From: Fimbriosthenelais zetlandica | Lineage: Eukaryota | Length of the DNA: 64,000 nucleotides | Direction: 5' to 3' | Assembly (NCBI GenBank): GCA_977030845.1 | Contig: OZ365110.1 | Location: 28,086,001 to 28,150,000, forward strand | Shown here: in pieces, positions 52,132 to 64,000 of the stretch | Position numbering within the stretch: position 1 is the stretch's first letter | How the letters are laid out: every line of letters starts with the position of its first letter | Program-made: the position numbers and the translations under genes | The notes under the pieces: generated by a model | What the model saw: only the letters and a program-made list of their open reading frames with translations | Databases searched by the model: none | Told to the model about the DNA's origin: nothing

Positions 52132-54453
52132 TCTCAATTTTAAACTTTAGACTGTGATGAACAGACGGGTGAGCCTTTACAAGGAAACCATCTCTTCAAA
52201 GAATCGAGAGGGATTTCATTTGACAACTGGGCACTGAATGGGTGCTAACTATTGTTTTTATAATTTTATAACGATTTACATAAATATGCTGAGGATGGAT
52301 TCAGATTGTCTGACTCTACTCGAAAAATTGTATTCCGGATTAGCGAAATTTCCACTGAGGAAAGTTTTCCGTCTCAATTTGAATCATCTGTGTTAAAATT
52401 GGTGCAATATTCCAGCATAGAAGTCTGAGAGATAGTCTACTTCTATGGTTACAGGAATATTTTACATTGTTTTGCATCTAATGTTTTGAATCAATGTAAG
52501 CAACCTTTTGTAAATAGTGTGACAATATACAAATGTTTATGATTTACAACGGTTTATTGACTGAATGTTTTCAGTTACTAAAATAAAATGGCCAGTGAGT
52601 ACATGTATATGGTGTAGTCGAATCGCTGAATTCATACGATATAGCATCAGTTTTTCACGTAAAATGACAATAAATGACACTCGTTTTGAAGGAAGAGACT
52701 CGTAAAATGCTACCTTCAATGATTATAGTTTTAAATTTACCAATACTGCCTCTACAACAGATGGTCCATGAAAACTGCTGAAGCTAATTAAATCATAAAC
52801 TGGGTCTATTCCACCGAACAGACCCAGAACAACACACAGAAGGTTCTGAAGCCTTTTTCTTCCTAAAAGGTATTATCGAAAAGCATTCACACGTTTAAGG
52901 CATATTAATGTTCATGTTTAATAAATACATTTGTATAGATTCCTTGCATGCATCAAACCCACACCACACATTAAAAATTTAACACCCGACTTAACATTTT
53001 CATTTTACTTGGGCCTATAATGTCAGTTTCTAGTACATTTTCCTTCTATGTACATCACAGTGCCAGATATCACACTTACATTACTTTAAATTGTTACACA
53101 AAATATAGCGTAATTAGTGCCGGTCATTAGTTTGATTTTCCTCAAGTAAACATATGAACATGAGTAAAGGATTGATAGACGACGAATTACCTGCCCAAAC
53201 ACTGAATACTGAGTCCTACCGAAGTGAAATTTCCTAATAAATCTTTAAAAATACTATCCTCGTCATTGATCTCGAGCCAGAGGATATGTGATGTAAATCT
53301 GGACAGATAAAATGGATGGTTCGGGTCTGCCTCCAAGCAGAGGACAGAAGCGACTATATAGGAAATCAAATTATATATTGAGATCAAGATATGGCAATCC
53401 AAAAAATGTTTACATATCCAAGTTTTGATAACATTTACTCGTTTATTATAAAGTGTTTGATTACGGCCAATGTATAATATAAATGTACATTTAAGTTCCA
53501 CCGGTCTTTATATTTGATATCAATTTTGAATACCATAGAAAAAAATACTGGAAAACTCATCAAAATTGAAAGCCCCTCTTTTATTTTAAAATAAAGAGAT
53601 TGCTTCCTTCTTACCTGAAACAACATCTTGTCTCACAACAGAAAATCACTAAAAGAACTACCGAACAAAAAACCCGTACTTTTATCGCAATAAATAATGC
53701 AATGTAAAAAGAAAAATATTGTACAAAATCGTTGCTTGCTAATTATTGTGAATTAAAGATAAAGCTAAATTGTCTATTTGGAACATGACTGAGTTGGACC
53801 TCACACCCTTGAATGGTTTCTATCAAGATGAACACAAGATTCTCACTGACGCTTTTGGTCCCAATTGACATATACTTAGTTAATTTTATTCACTGAATTT
53901 TCTTTTTTCTTTTGCAATCGTCATTCTATTATCAGGCATAGGTTGTCAAATTTGGGGAAATGTTTATATAATTTCCACTACATGTATATAGTTTTAAACG
54001 TATTGCATGAATAAATTCGTTGAATTTGATGGGTGCTCTTATGACAAGACAACACTATTTCTCTCTTAAAGCTGGAAGGCGACATCTATGGGCCCACCCA
54101 TTTTCATAATGATTTCATATCTGCCAACTATTCCAACATATCAATTTCACAAAAACCATTTCCACTCGTGGAACAAATGACTAGCGAGTTAATACAGCAA
54201 ACCAATGGTTAGATGAGATGGGTTCCAAATCATATACCAAAGTATAGTTGATATGGCTGCTTCTTTAAATTTGAATAAATTCACAAAAAAAATAATCTTA
54301 GAAACCTATTTCAAATGAAGCTGTCCACAGATTACCGTTGTAACAATGTGAATCCCAGAGTTTGATCTCTCAGACCAGATTCAGTATTCTTCTAGGATCA
54401 AGTCAGACACATGATTATTGAGTTAACACAGATTAACCTATCACTGGTATTAT

Positions 54454-56157
54454 ATATACTGCTGGCAAGCTGCCCCTCAAGAGCGTTCATGTGGGGAGGA
54501 AACTCTCTTACCATCCTCATGCTCTTGACGGCTGTGCCACAGTGACTTTCTTGCTGTGCGGCGGTCGTGGACTGATAATGGCACCATGCTCAATTTCTGT
54601 GCCAAAGTAACGGTCACCAAAGTTCCCTGAAACCACAAATCAGAATTGAGAACAATCCTTAATAACAAATTAAGAGATATTACTTTGAGTGTACTCAGTA
54701 ATGTAAAAGTAAATCAAATGAGAGTAGAAACTCACCTATGCCTGGCAGGATGTGGAAATAATCGTTAACTTCTGGATCAACCGCAGTTGTGATAAGCCGC
54801 ACCTTCGGGAAAGCGTACGCCACAGAATGAACGCCTAAAAGGAAGTAAAGCATCTGAATTACAGGCCAACAAAATTTTAGGTTGCACTTGATAATCATTA
54901 CTTCCCCGAAAATATAATTTCACCGAGGTAATTTCTCTGAAAGTGAAATATAAACTTGATTCATATTTGTTATGGGTCACTAATCGTAACAGACACATAC
55001 AACATGTAAATTTCCCGAGTGACTCCCGTCATCTGATAAGACAAATAGATTAGTTAACCCTTTAATGCCGGGGAATGCATATTTGCATCACCGTAAACGT
55101 ACGGGGAATGCAAATTTGCATTAAAGCCGTATGGTAGCCATTTTTTCCAAGATAGAGAAAGGAATTTGCTACATTTTGGTGAAAAAATCTTTTTGAAATT
55201 CCCAGTAGAAGTGAAGATTCGGCCTTTGAAAGTGGGCAAGTCGGAAATTTTCAAGAACCTGTGATTTTGCTGAGCATGGCAATTTCACGAGAAAAAATAG
55301 TCCAAAACCCAATTACCCCCTTATTTGAGAAATATGTATAAAGCAGTAATTCTTTGATTATTTTCTTAGTTTTCATCCGATTTTTTTACAAAGTAAATTT
55401 TATTTATGAGCTTGGATCACGCTCTATAAATTTCCATTCCTTGATTGTAGACTCCACATAGACCTGTTACCATGGAAACAGTAAAATTGAGGGATATTTT
55501 ATTTTTTCCAGAAAACTGGTTGCCATGGAAACCGAAAATGCATAATTAAAAGTTGGATTTTTTGCCAAAATCATAGTTTCATTGTATTAAGGACAAAAAG
55601 TTATGAAAAGTGTATTTTTAACATCTTTTTAATTTTCTAAATTATTTTTAGCATTTTTTTGCCAAAATATTGAAGTAATAAGGTCCAAAATTTCATCAGA
55701 TTTTTGGAAATTCTTCCATATTCTAACCGTCATAACATTTTCTATATGTTAGACACTACTATAATGCTTACATGGTTGGATGCAGTGGAAAAAGTAGAAA
55801 ACGGAGATACCCAAATTTTGAATATAATATAAACTGTACAGGTACTCTTCATCTGAGGTGTCAAATAATGATCAAAATGGCCATTTTAAGGGCTAGTTCA
55901 GGGCCCTCGTACTACTGGCACTGTCGCTTCCATAGGACTCGGCATTAAAGGGTTAAGCCTCCTTCTGTCCTAACAATTTTTCTGATAACACAAACTCCAG
56001 ATTTCAAGGTACAGAGATAAGAGGTGTTCCTCCCATTCCTCCCACTCAGACATTTAACTACTTGCGAGTTAGTCCAAACATAAACTAGATCTGACGTAAT
56101 GAAAAATATTAGCATCAAACATGAACGCTAAAGAGGGGCAGCTTGCCAGCAGTATAT
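54454..56157. repeat. 39-bp inverted repeat pair (54454-54492 and 56119-56157) bracketing UCKL1 exons 13-14
   Basis: atatactgctggcaagctgcccctcaagagcgttcatgt versus acatgaacgctaaagaggggcagcttgccagcagtatat: 36/39 complementary. Confidence 0.9.
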
Positions 56158-59100
56158 TAAATAGGAGTGACAGGTACATGTACTAGCATTACACACTATA
56201 GTTGGTTGGACCTCAAAGATCTTTTATTTCTCAGAATGATGATGATGAAATCAAGTTAAATGATGGGATAAGAGCGCCTTGGTGCAGTACCTACCAGATT
56301 CAGCCATAATGAGGGAGAGTAACATGATATTTTCCTCCGGTACATCATGATCTAGCAGGACACGTATAGCCATCATGGCGGCCGCTCCTGTAGCGACTGT
56401 AGCGTCCATCACCATCACGTGGTGCTCCTTGATGTCCTTAGGTAAACGTAGGTAGTGAAGCTAAAAGAGACAGAAGGTTGAAATACTTGTTCAGATCTTT
56501 TAAATTTCAACAAAACATTTTTTTCTAACCAAGTGGCGAGTTTAATTATGCCAAAAATATAGTTTTCATATCAGGATGTATCATCTTGTCGAAACTTTTT
56601 ATAAGATTGGTATTTTAGTGTGATAGCTCACCTCAGGCTCCCCTGTGTCATGGTTGGTCTGGATAAGGATCTTACCCAGTCGGATGTCTTTAACCACCTC
56701 ACTTAAAGCTGGCTCCATGGTCTCACCAGCACGCAATACCGACACCCCACAGATCTGACAGAGGTAAAGATTTATTGGTTAATCATATTTTCCTATTTTG
56801 TATTATACAATGTAGTTTACCAAATGAACTTAAGTCTAATTCCAGTTAATATTTAATGCTGGATGTTTAAAAAAAAAAGAGGTACACTCACAGTCTTGAC
56901 ATCAGTTTTCTTGCCGCGATATGGGAATCCTTGAGGTGTGTCTACCGTCAATTCCTACAAAGCATATTTACAATTTTATTTAGTTAACTATTTTCCAGAA
57001 ATCTTTACAATACTCACAAGGTGATGAAAAAAAAGACATTGCATTATATGGCTACCAAATTTTAACAGGGTACAGTTCTGATGCCAGGTTACAAAGAAAG
57101 CCCCACATAATGTAAGTGTTTCTTATTCTTTTGATCTAAAGTCTATGACTATGTCCATTTATAACTTACAGTGAAGGGAAGAAGGGAAAGGGCGAACTCG
57201 ATGAGAAGTCGCATTAACCGTTTGGAATAGAAGATAAATTCATCCCGGCAGGTGTCCTTATTCCTGAAAGGTACGCCAATAAATCCTCAATTATTACACT
57301 ATATATTAGCAAAAATGTAAAGGAAAGGGTTTTTTGTCATATATAGATTTTCATTACATATTTTGGATTATGTACATATATAGAAATAGATTGAGTGTCA
57401 CTGAGCATACCTGATGAAGGTGTGAAGTCCTTTCACTTGTTTCGTGTTCTCTAAGACGTGCAGTGATTTTGGCAATGGTTGACCCTCGTGAGCTGACTTC
57501 TTCAATTTACTGCGTACCTTGAAGCCTCGCTAGATAATAGACCAAATCACTTTAGATAACATGACACTGAAAAAGCGTGCAATTAAATTACAATCTCATT
57601 TATCATTCAAACATATAAAGCAAACCCAAAATATTTAAGTGCATTGAAACATGAACGTTTATGAAATATGTACATGCTTAGAGCCGATACATCCCGACAG
57701 ACAATGAAAACCAATAGCTCTCTGGGGTTTCCACCATTTAATACAGACAATACCAGAATAGATGACACTATTGGGGGAAGGAGCTATGCAAGTCCTCTAA
57801 TATATGATCATCCTATATATAATATATAGTATAACTGTATAGGCAAAAGTGAATTAAATCTGTTAAATGGATATCACAAAAGTTACTTGACATAATACCG
57901 GTTATGTAATAATTCACAAAGCATATTACAAATATTATCACCACGTGAAAATAAAAGACCTAACGCTGGGTTAGTTTAAGTGAGAACAGATCTATTAGGG
58001 AAAATGGTTGAATATAGACATTCTGATATCAACAATTTTCATGTTAAGATCGAAGATGAACACTGCCCAATCCACTGATTCTCATCAAATCCATTTATCT
58101 CGAGTCAAAATCTAAGAATATCCAACTGTGCGTGATCAAAGCAGTATATTTTAGAGGTCCAGGCTTCGAATTTGGCCTATGGCACTATGGCAATAGCCAT
58201 AGCTGCCCTTAAAGTTCCAGCAATGGAAACATTTAATTTTCACCATTCAATGCCCTATCAGGGTTTAAAATGGCCATGCCCTAAAAAATTTGAAATTCGG
58301 ACCCTGGAGGTTTAATAAATCACCCCAGGATATGAATTTAAAAGTGTTTCAATAGAACTTTGGGAAAATGTTCCCATAGATGCCTTTCTTGAATCACACA
58401 AGTTGGAGTTTCTTAGAAATAAAATAAAAACACTGGAAGATGACAGTATGAAGGGATAACTTCTACACGACCAGTCAAGAAGGATATCATCATGTCAACG
58501 CCACACAAAAGTTTAGTTTTTATTTGTGATGATAAAGACTGACCTCGGACACCCACTCGCCTTTCGCCTGTCACAGAACAGAACATAAAGATAGCATAGT
58601 TTTGTATTTAATTACAAAAATGTAACAAGGCAGCCGGGTGGCGACATCAGAGTAGAAGCAGGGTGGTTAGAAGCAGAACCAGTATTTCTAATTGTATTAA
58701 CATTATAGGGCACAAATAAATTTTCACTGACATATGTATCGGTACTGAGATACAACAGAATAGATTGAAGCTTGGTGCTCAGCACACAGGTCATGTATAT
58801 AAGCAAAGTGGGGCAAAAAATTGAAGTTTGAAGGAAAAGTTTCTTTTCAGTAAAGAGAGTTTGTGAAGCGGTCACAAATATTTAATTTGTGGGTCAGCAT
58901 TCTGAAGAAACTCTAAATAACATTTCCACTCCTAGTCATAGGAGATCGTAAGCAAAAGCTGTGAGGTGCAAAAGGTAAAAACAATTTCTGTATCTGTGAA
59001 GGAAACAGGGGAAGAATTGAGAAGATCATGGACTCACCTTCTGCAGTTGTTGATGGACGTGGTTGACGATAAGATTGAGCGCGATCTCATTTTCTCCACC

Positions 59101-62100
59101 TGTGAATTGGAGAGTGGCACAAATTCATGAATTAGAAGAAATTATGATCAGAGAAAACCAAAGCTAAATTTATTCGTCTACAAGTTTGATCAAGTAGATG
59201 AAAATGATTTTTCCTAATACTATTTTAATTCACATTTTTCCAACAAGTTTATTACCTACATGTATACGTGATAGCTCCTAATTCAATGTTAGCCACTTCA
59301 AATCTACATGTAGCTTAGTTTATACTGTATCGACCTTAAAGGCGTGGTAATAATACATGACATAAGAGCACACACGCACCTCTCGGTACTATGATGTCTG
59401 CGTAGGACATGGTAGGCTCGATGTAATGCTCAAAGGAAGGTTTAACGAATTTGTTGTATTGTTTGAGGACCCCCTCGATCTCTCGACCGCGCTCTGAGAT
59501 GTCACGCTTCAGACGCCGGGCCAGACGGATATCTGAGTCAGTGTCGACGAAGATCTTCATATCCAAGATCTACAAACATTCAAAACATCTTACACATTAG
59601 ATATTGAAGAGTCATATGTATTCTTAAAACCAGTTCGCTACTTTAACGAATTTTTAAATATAGGAAAGGTAAAACATACCGGTAGTAGATCCTTATTGGC
59701 AAAAGCGAGGATTCCCTCAAATATCACAACGTTCGCACCATAAATAGTTTTCTGTGGGATAAAATTCAGAATGTAATACCAAATGTACACCAAAAAGTAT
59801 ATATATGTCTACAATACCTTCCCATGTAGGATACATCGGCTTATGTAAGGAAATCAATACTAGGCACACAATGCAATCGGTACAATGATCATACTGTGTC
59901 AGAAAGCTTATAATCGTATAGACTCTTTGCTATTATTTTTGAACATATATATTATTTTTCAGAAAATTATCATATAGCTCGTACCTTTTGCTTTTCCCGA
60001 CTGTGAGTTTTGAAATTGTAAATAGGAACTTCAACGCTCTTCCCTTCTTTCAATCTCTTCAACGTCTCGATCACCAGTTCATAGTCAAAGGCATCGGGAT
60101 GGTCGAAGTTATATTCATTCTGGTTGGCCAACTCTCGCTCCGCCTCTTGAAAATTCTGCAGAAAATACAGAAAAATAGACAATTTTCACAAATGGAACTT
60201 TACTACAATTTTGTGAACTCGAGGCCAGACTAAAGAAAAAGCAACTTTAAAGGATGGAGGGTATATTTTAGTGCATTTGGATTAGAGGAAAATATTTATT
60301 TAATCGGGAGCTATCACTCTGGTTACCAATAACGAAAATGGAAACCATAATAATTTTGTTACAATACCAGATGTCAGAATTTCAAATTATCATAATCTCT
60401 GCATGTAAAAACAAACCTTGTAAAAAGAATCCATACTGAGTAGACTAACCCACTGGACGTCAAGGGCTTCAATAATTCTTTTAGCAACAGTTGTTTTTCC
60501 CGAGGCACTTCCCCCACAAATACCTAGGCAAAAAAAAGACAGCAAATCAATATCAATATTTAGTTCGTGTCTCGTGCATTTTAAGGCAATTATAATCAAG
60601 TTCAATTTAAACTGAATGTCAGAATATCATATTTTTTGGAGGAGTAAATATGGGGGCAGGCGCGCAGGAAATATATATTGCAGTATGGAAGGAAGGTCAG
60701 TGAAACTCATCAAATGCAAAGCCAGGTTTTATGACCTCTAGAATTACAATTTTCCTAGTATGGCAATACCCCGGTAGATGAGACAGGGGGAGGGATCTGC
60801 ATAAAATATTGTGGGGGCGTGTTCAGTGAACATAAAGATAGCTGCAAGCGGACATCATAATACACATACAATATCCGGACACAGATCCCCGTCCGTGTTT
60901 AAATATAGACAATTACATAAATGGATTTGATTGACATTGTTATGTATCCGCAATATCCATTTACATGAATATAAATAATTCATATACATACATGTATAAA
61001 CCAATTTCCTAACACTGTGGGGCAGTAATACAATCATTTACAAGTAAATTTCCTTATAATTATTACAAAATTAATAGTTATCGTAGGATGATAGAGTGCA
61101 GCAATGGTACGGGCTGTCGCTATTGGGAAGGGAGTTAATTTAATTCAATAGATTCTCGCGAATAAATATATTGAACTTTCTTTTTATCTACTTACCAATG
61201 ACAAAGGCCTCTTTGAGCTGGCCATGGGAATCATACCAGGGTGGTCTCCCGGCTGTGTAGATGGTGCGCGCCCCCGCCTGCACAAACTGAGAACTTTGAG
61301 CAGAAGATGAGGTGCTCATGGTACGGGCTCGTCGTCGGGGACTTTTTGGAGGGTAAGATTTGGTTGGGGTTTTGGGCGGGGAGAGTGGAGAGACAGTTCC
61401 GTCATCTGCATCTTCACCACTGCCACTGAAAGAAAGAATGTTGTAATCATTAGCAAATACTTTTTTTTTTTTAAATTTTCCCTACCTAAATTTATCCGTG
61501 CGACTATTCTCTGCCGAATACATGTAGTGATAGTTTATATTTAATATATTAGTTTAAGGTGGTAGTTTATAAATAAATGTCACACCCATTCTAAGAATCA
61601 AAATATAGATCTCCCTATTGCATCAATATAAAATTACAATATATATTCCGGAGAATAATGACACATTTTGCTCCCAAATTCAATTTCCTCGGAAATAAGG
61701 TAGATTATCCAGCCCCCACTGAGATGTCAATTATATAACATGTAAACGTGAATAATTATTCCAGTCCAAAAAGTTATACGCAGGAGGTCATCAAGCAAGG
61801 GAAATGATGTCAGTGGAGCATAATAAGACTTGGGTAAACTTGAGTAAAACATAGTCATGAAAGGCAAATACGAGCAAACGTATAGTCTTCACTTAAATAT
61901 ACCATAAATCACCTGACAGGGTATACCTTATAGCATTCAATGTATGGCTGTTTTGGACAGCACTGGGGATAGCTATATCTACCATTCCCACGGGAAACAT
62001 CCCACCTTTTTACACTTATTTCAATCATAAGATTATCCGTCCATTATCCTGGACCAACCCTGGAATAGGGCATCTATTCCTGTCACTGATGGATGGCGGT

Positions 62101-63156
62101 AATACAACATGGAATGATGATAATTAGGATGTACCATCAGTCTCAATTACTGCCCAAAATAACTTGCTGTGCTGCTCTTCACTGTACCACAGTTGGCAGT
62201 CATTACAATGAGGCATTGTGCTTATGAAAGTTATTTTCTGGCATTTTGTCGTCCATCCACAGGATCCTTTCTAACCGTCATTGTTAAAGCTTAGGTACCC
62301 TGAATACCAGATAGTTAAATCCCTCACAGCAGACACAACATGAAATACAGTCCTTTCTATATAAGGATATCTACCTCAATAATTAAGATAAATAGACCCG
62401 CTCAAATGAAATACGTGACTACTTTCACATACATTAAACTATCATTTTTCCCTAGGTTTCTTATCTCACCAGAGATAAGATCTGAAACATTGTTTGTTCA
62501 AAGTTTTCACAACTAACCTTAGTTTTGTGATCAAGATGCACTGGAAATTTAATATTTTGTGGAAAATTAGATATATCATGTTTTTCCTTATTTTAAAAAA
62601 ATGAAAAAAAAACCCTGGCACTGTAATTATCACATCAAGCTCATAATATGGTTGGTAGACTTGCATAAGCTTTACTTATTGACATGAAATTATAATCAAG
62701 TTACCTGACAATATGGGCCTGTACTGAACACGTATTTAGGACATTGGTTGCATCTGCTGGCTCTTCCACATGACACTCAGTCACCAAGTCTCTACAGCCG
62801 TTATCATGACTGGCATCTGCTTTATTTCCACGCTCAAAGGAACTGTTCTCTATATGAACCTCCAGGTTGAGTTTATTCTTACAGTTTATCTTTGTGGAGT
62901 GTTTTTTTCGTCCGTTCATGACACAGTGCGTGCCATCACCTGAAGTCTGAGAGGTGTCCTCTGTGTCATGACCATTTGTGGTGCAATGACCATTGCTGCA
63001 ATCCGGTAAGTTGACATTGTTATTGTTGGAATGGTTTGTATTTTTACCGTTCATTGCAGTGCAGTCTCCCCCAGTGTCCGTTGGAAGTAGTTGAGTTTGA
63101 TTATCATCATGTCCATTAGTCTCATTATGGCTGTGATTTCCTTCCACTTCAGCCAT
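54517..63156 (-). CDS. UCKL1: Uridine-cytidine kinase-like 1 (uridine kinase plus UPRT-like domain), 14 coding exons, 685 aa, with a long N-terminal extension
   Basis: Exons (minus): 62705-63156, 61196-61425, 60417-60523, 59985-60155, 59680-59751, 59380-59569, 59038-59099, 57411-57529, 57170-57263, 56892-56954, 56632-56754, 56295-56460, 54736-54834, 54517-54626; 2058 nt. Motifs [24 protein letters not shown] (P-loop), [84 protein letters not shown]. An acceptor at 63188/63189 with an open frame means the true start could lie further upstream. Confidence 0.95.
55054..55956. mobile_element. Non-autonomous piggyBac element (895 bp between TTAA target-site duplications) in UCKL1 intron 12
   Basis: TTAA|ccctttaatgccg ... 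cggcattaaaggg|TTAA: 13-bp perfect TIR with CCC/GGG ends. Subterminal direct repeat cggggaatgca x2. No transposase ORF. Confidence 0.9.
58160..58306. mobile_element. About 147-bp hAT-like MITE in UCKL1 intron 7
   Basis: Termini caggcttcgaattt and aaattcggaccctg (14-bp TIR, 2 mismatches, CAGG-type end). Flanks gaggtc/gaggtt are only partly duplicated. Confidence 0.55.
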
Positions 63157-64000
63157 TTTCAATATTCTCCTTGCTCTATCCGTTCCTTCTAAGAAATGAC
63201 AGTGCTCAGCAAATAAAGGTTTTTGCTATCTCACCAACTTTCCTAATGAGTGAGAATATACAAGTATTATTTCGTAGTAGTGTATTGCAATATCTTTCAC
63301 ACGATTACACACCACTGCTTTGATCTGGTGACTTGGAAACGGCTGATGAAATCAGTAAGAGCAACTTGCAATGAGACTTGTCTACTAGTAAAGTATTATG
63401 TTCCCGGTATTATAGCAGTAAAAGTCCCACGACTCTCACTGACTTCTTCTACAGTGAAACGGGCTTAGGTCTTTACACTAGACCAGGTATGTCTCTATTT
63501 GTGCAGGGTCAAAATGAGATGTAATTCAGCATCTCTAGATTTCTACTGACACTTCTCTTCCAATGACCTCAAGACAATTGTCCTGGACCTATCAAAAACA
63601 TATGAGATGGAAGAATTCTTGAACACACTGTTCTAGCAACTACAAGTGTTTTCTATATTTTTCAATATGAGGAAGTTCTTAATGTTGACGTTAAAATAAG
63701 GAATTACCCATACTTTGGATGGGGATTTGGTCCATAACGGAATGAGAATACACACACCCGTCTACAGAGATAGTTATCCTGGAATGATCCTATAGAATTA
63801 ATATCAAAACTCCAATCTTTGGAATGTGGAATATTATTGATAGCAAAACGAAGATAACTTGGTTACTTCCAGTTCCGATCAGATAAACTACTCTCGTAAA
63901 CAGAAATGCATTACAATAAATATAGCAATCCAGAATGAACAATCCTCCCCTACTGCTCCCCTCAATGCTTGGCTGTCAGGTTTGGAGGGGGTTGTGTTGT

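Noticed and set aside
53187-53501. 104-aa minus-strand ORF downstream of UCKL1
   Set aside because: Lies in the convergent 3'-UTR zone, has a non-ATG start and AT-rich composition, and shows no splice link or motif.

Overview
AT-rich (roughly 36% GC by eye) animal genomic DNA. The abundant TAGGCCTA and TACATGTA palindromes suggest a marine invertebrate, possibly an echinoderm (weak inference). I assembled four protein-coding genes by hand, with GT-AG introns and consistent phases. (1) An intronless-CDS, 685-aa secreted/GPI-type Cys-rich modular protein with an internal ShKT-like module (157-2214, minus). (2) A 30-exon, 1277-aa F-BAR/C1/RhoGAP gene of the ARHGAP45(HMHA1)/ARHGAP29 family (5965-48971, minus). 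(3) Head-to-head with it, CYB5RL (50309-52131, plus), preceded in the same apparent transcription unit by a spliced 78-aa upstream ORF. (4) A 14-exon UCKL1 (54517-63156, minus). Introns hold three MITEs (GATC-dense TA-TSD, piggyBac TTAA, hAT-like), a tandem/inverted repeat cluster, several candidate internal first exons of the RhoGAP, and a 39-bp inverted repeat bracketing the last UCKL1 exons. The most novel-looking items are the candidate bicistronic microprotein-CYB5RL unit, the furin-site/ShKT surface protein, and the acidic alternative N-terminus of the RhoGAP. No rRNA, tRNA or CRISPR was recognised. All gene models are manual and lack transcript support.
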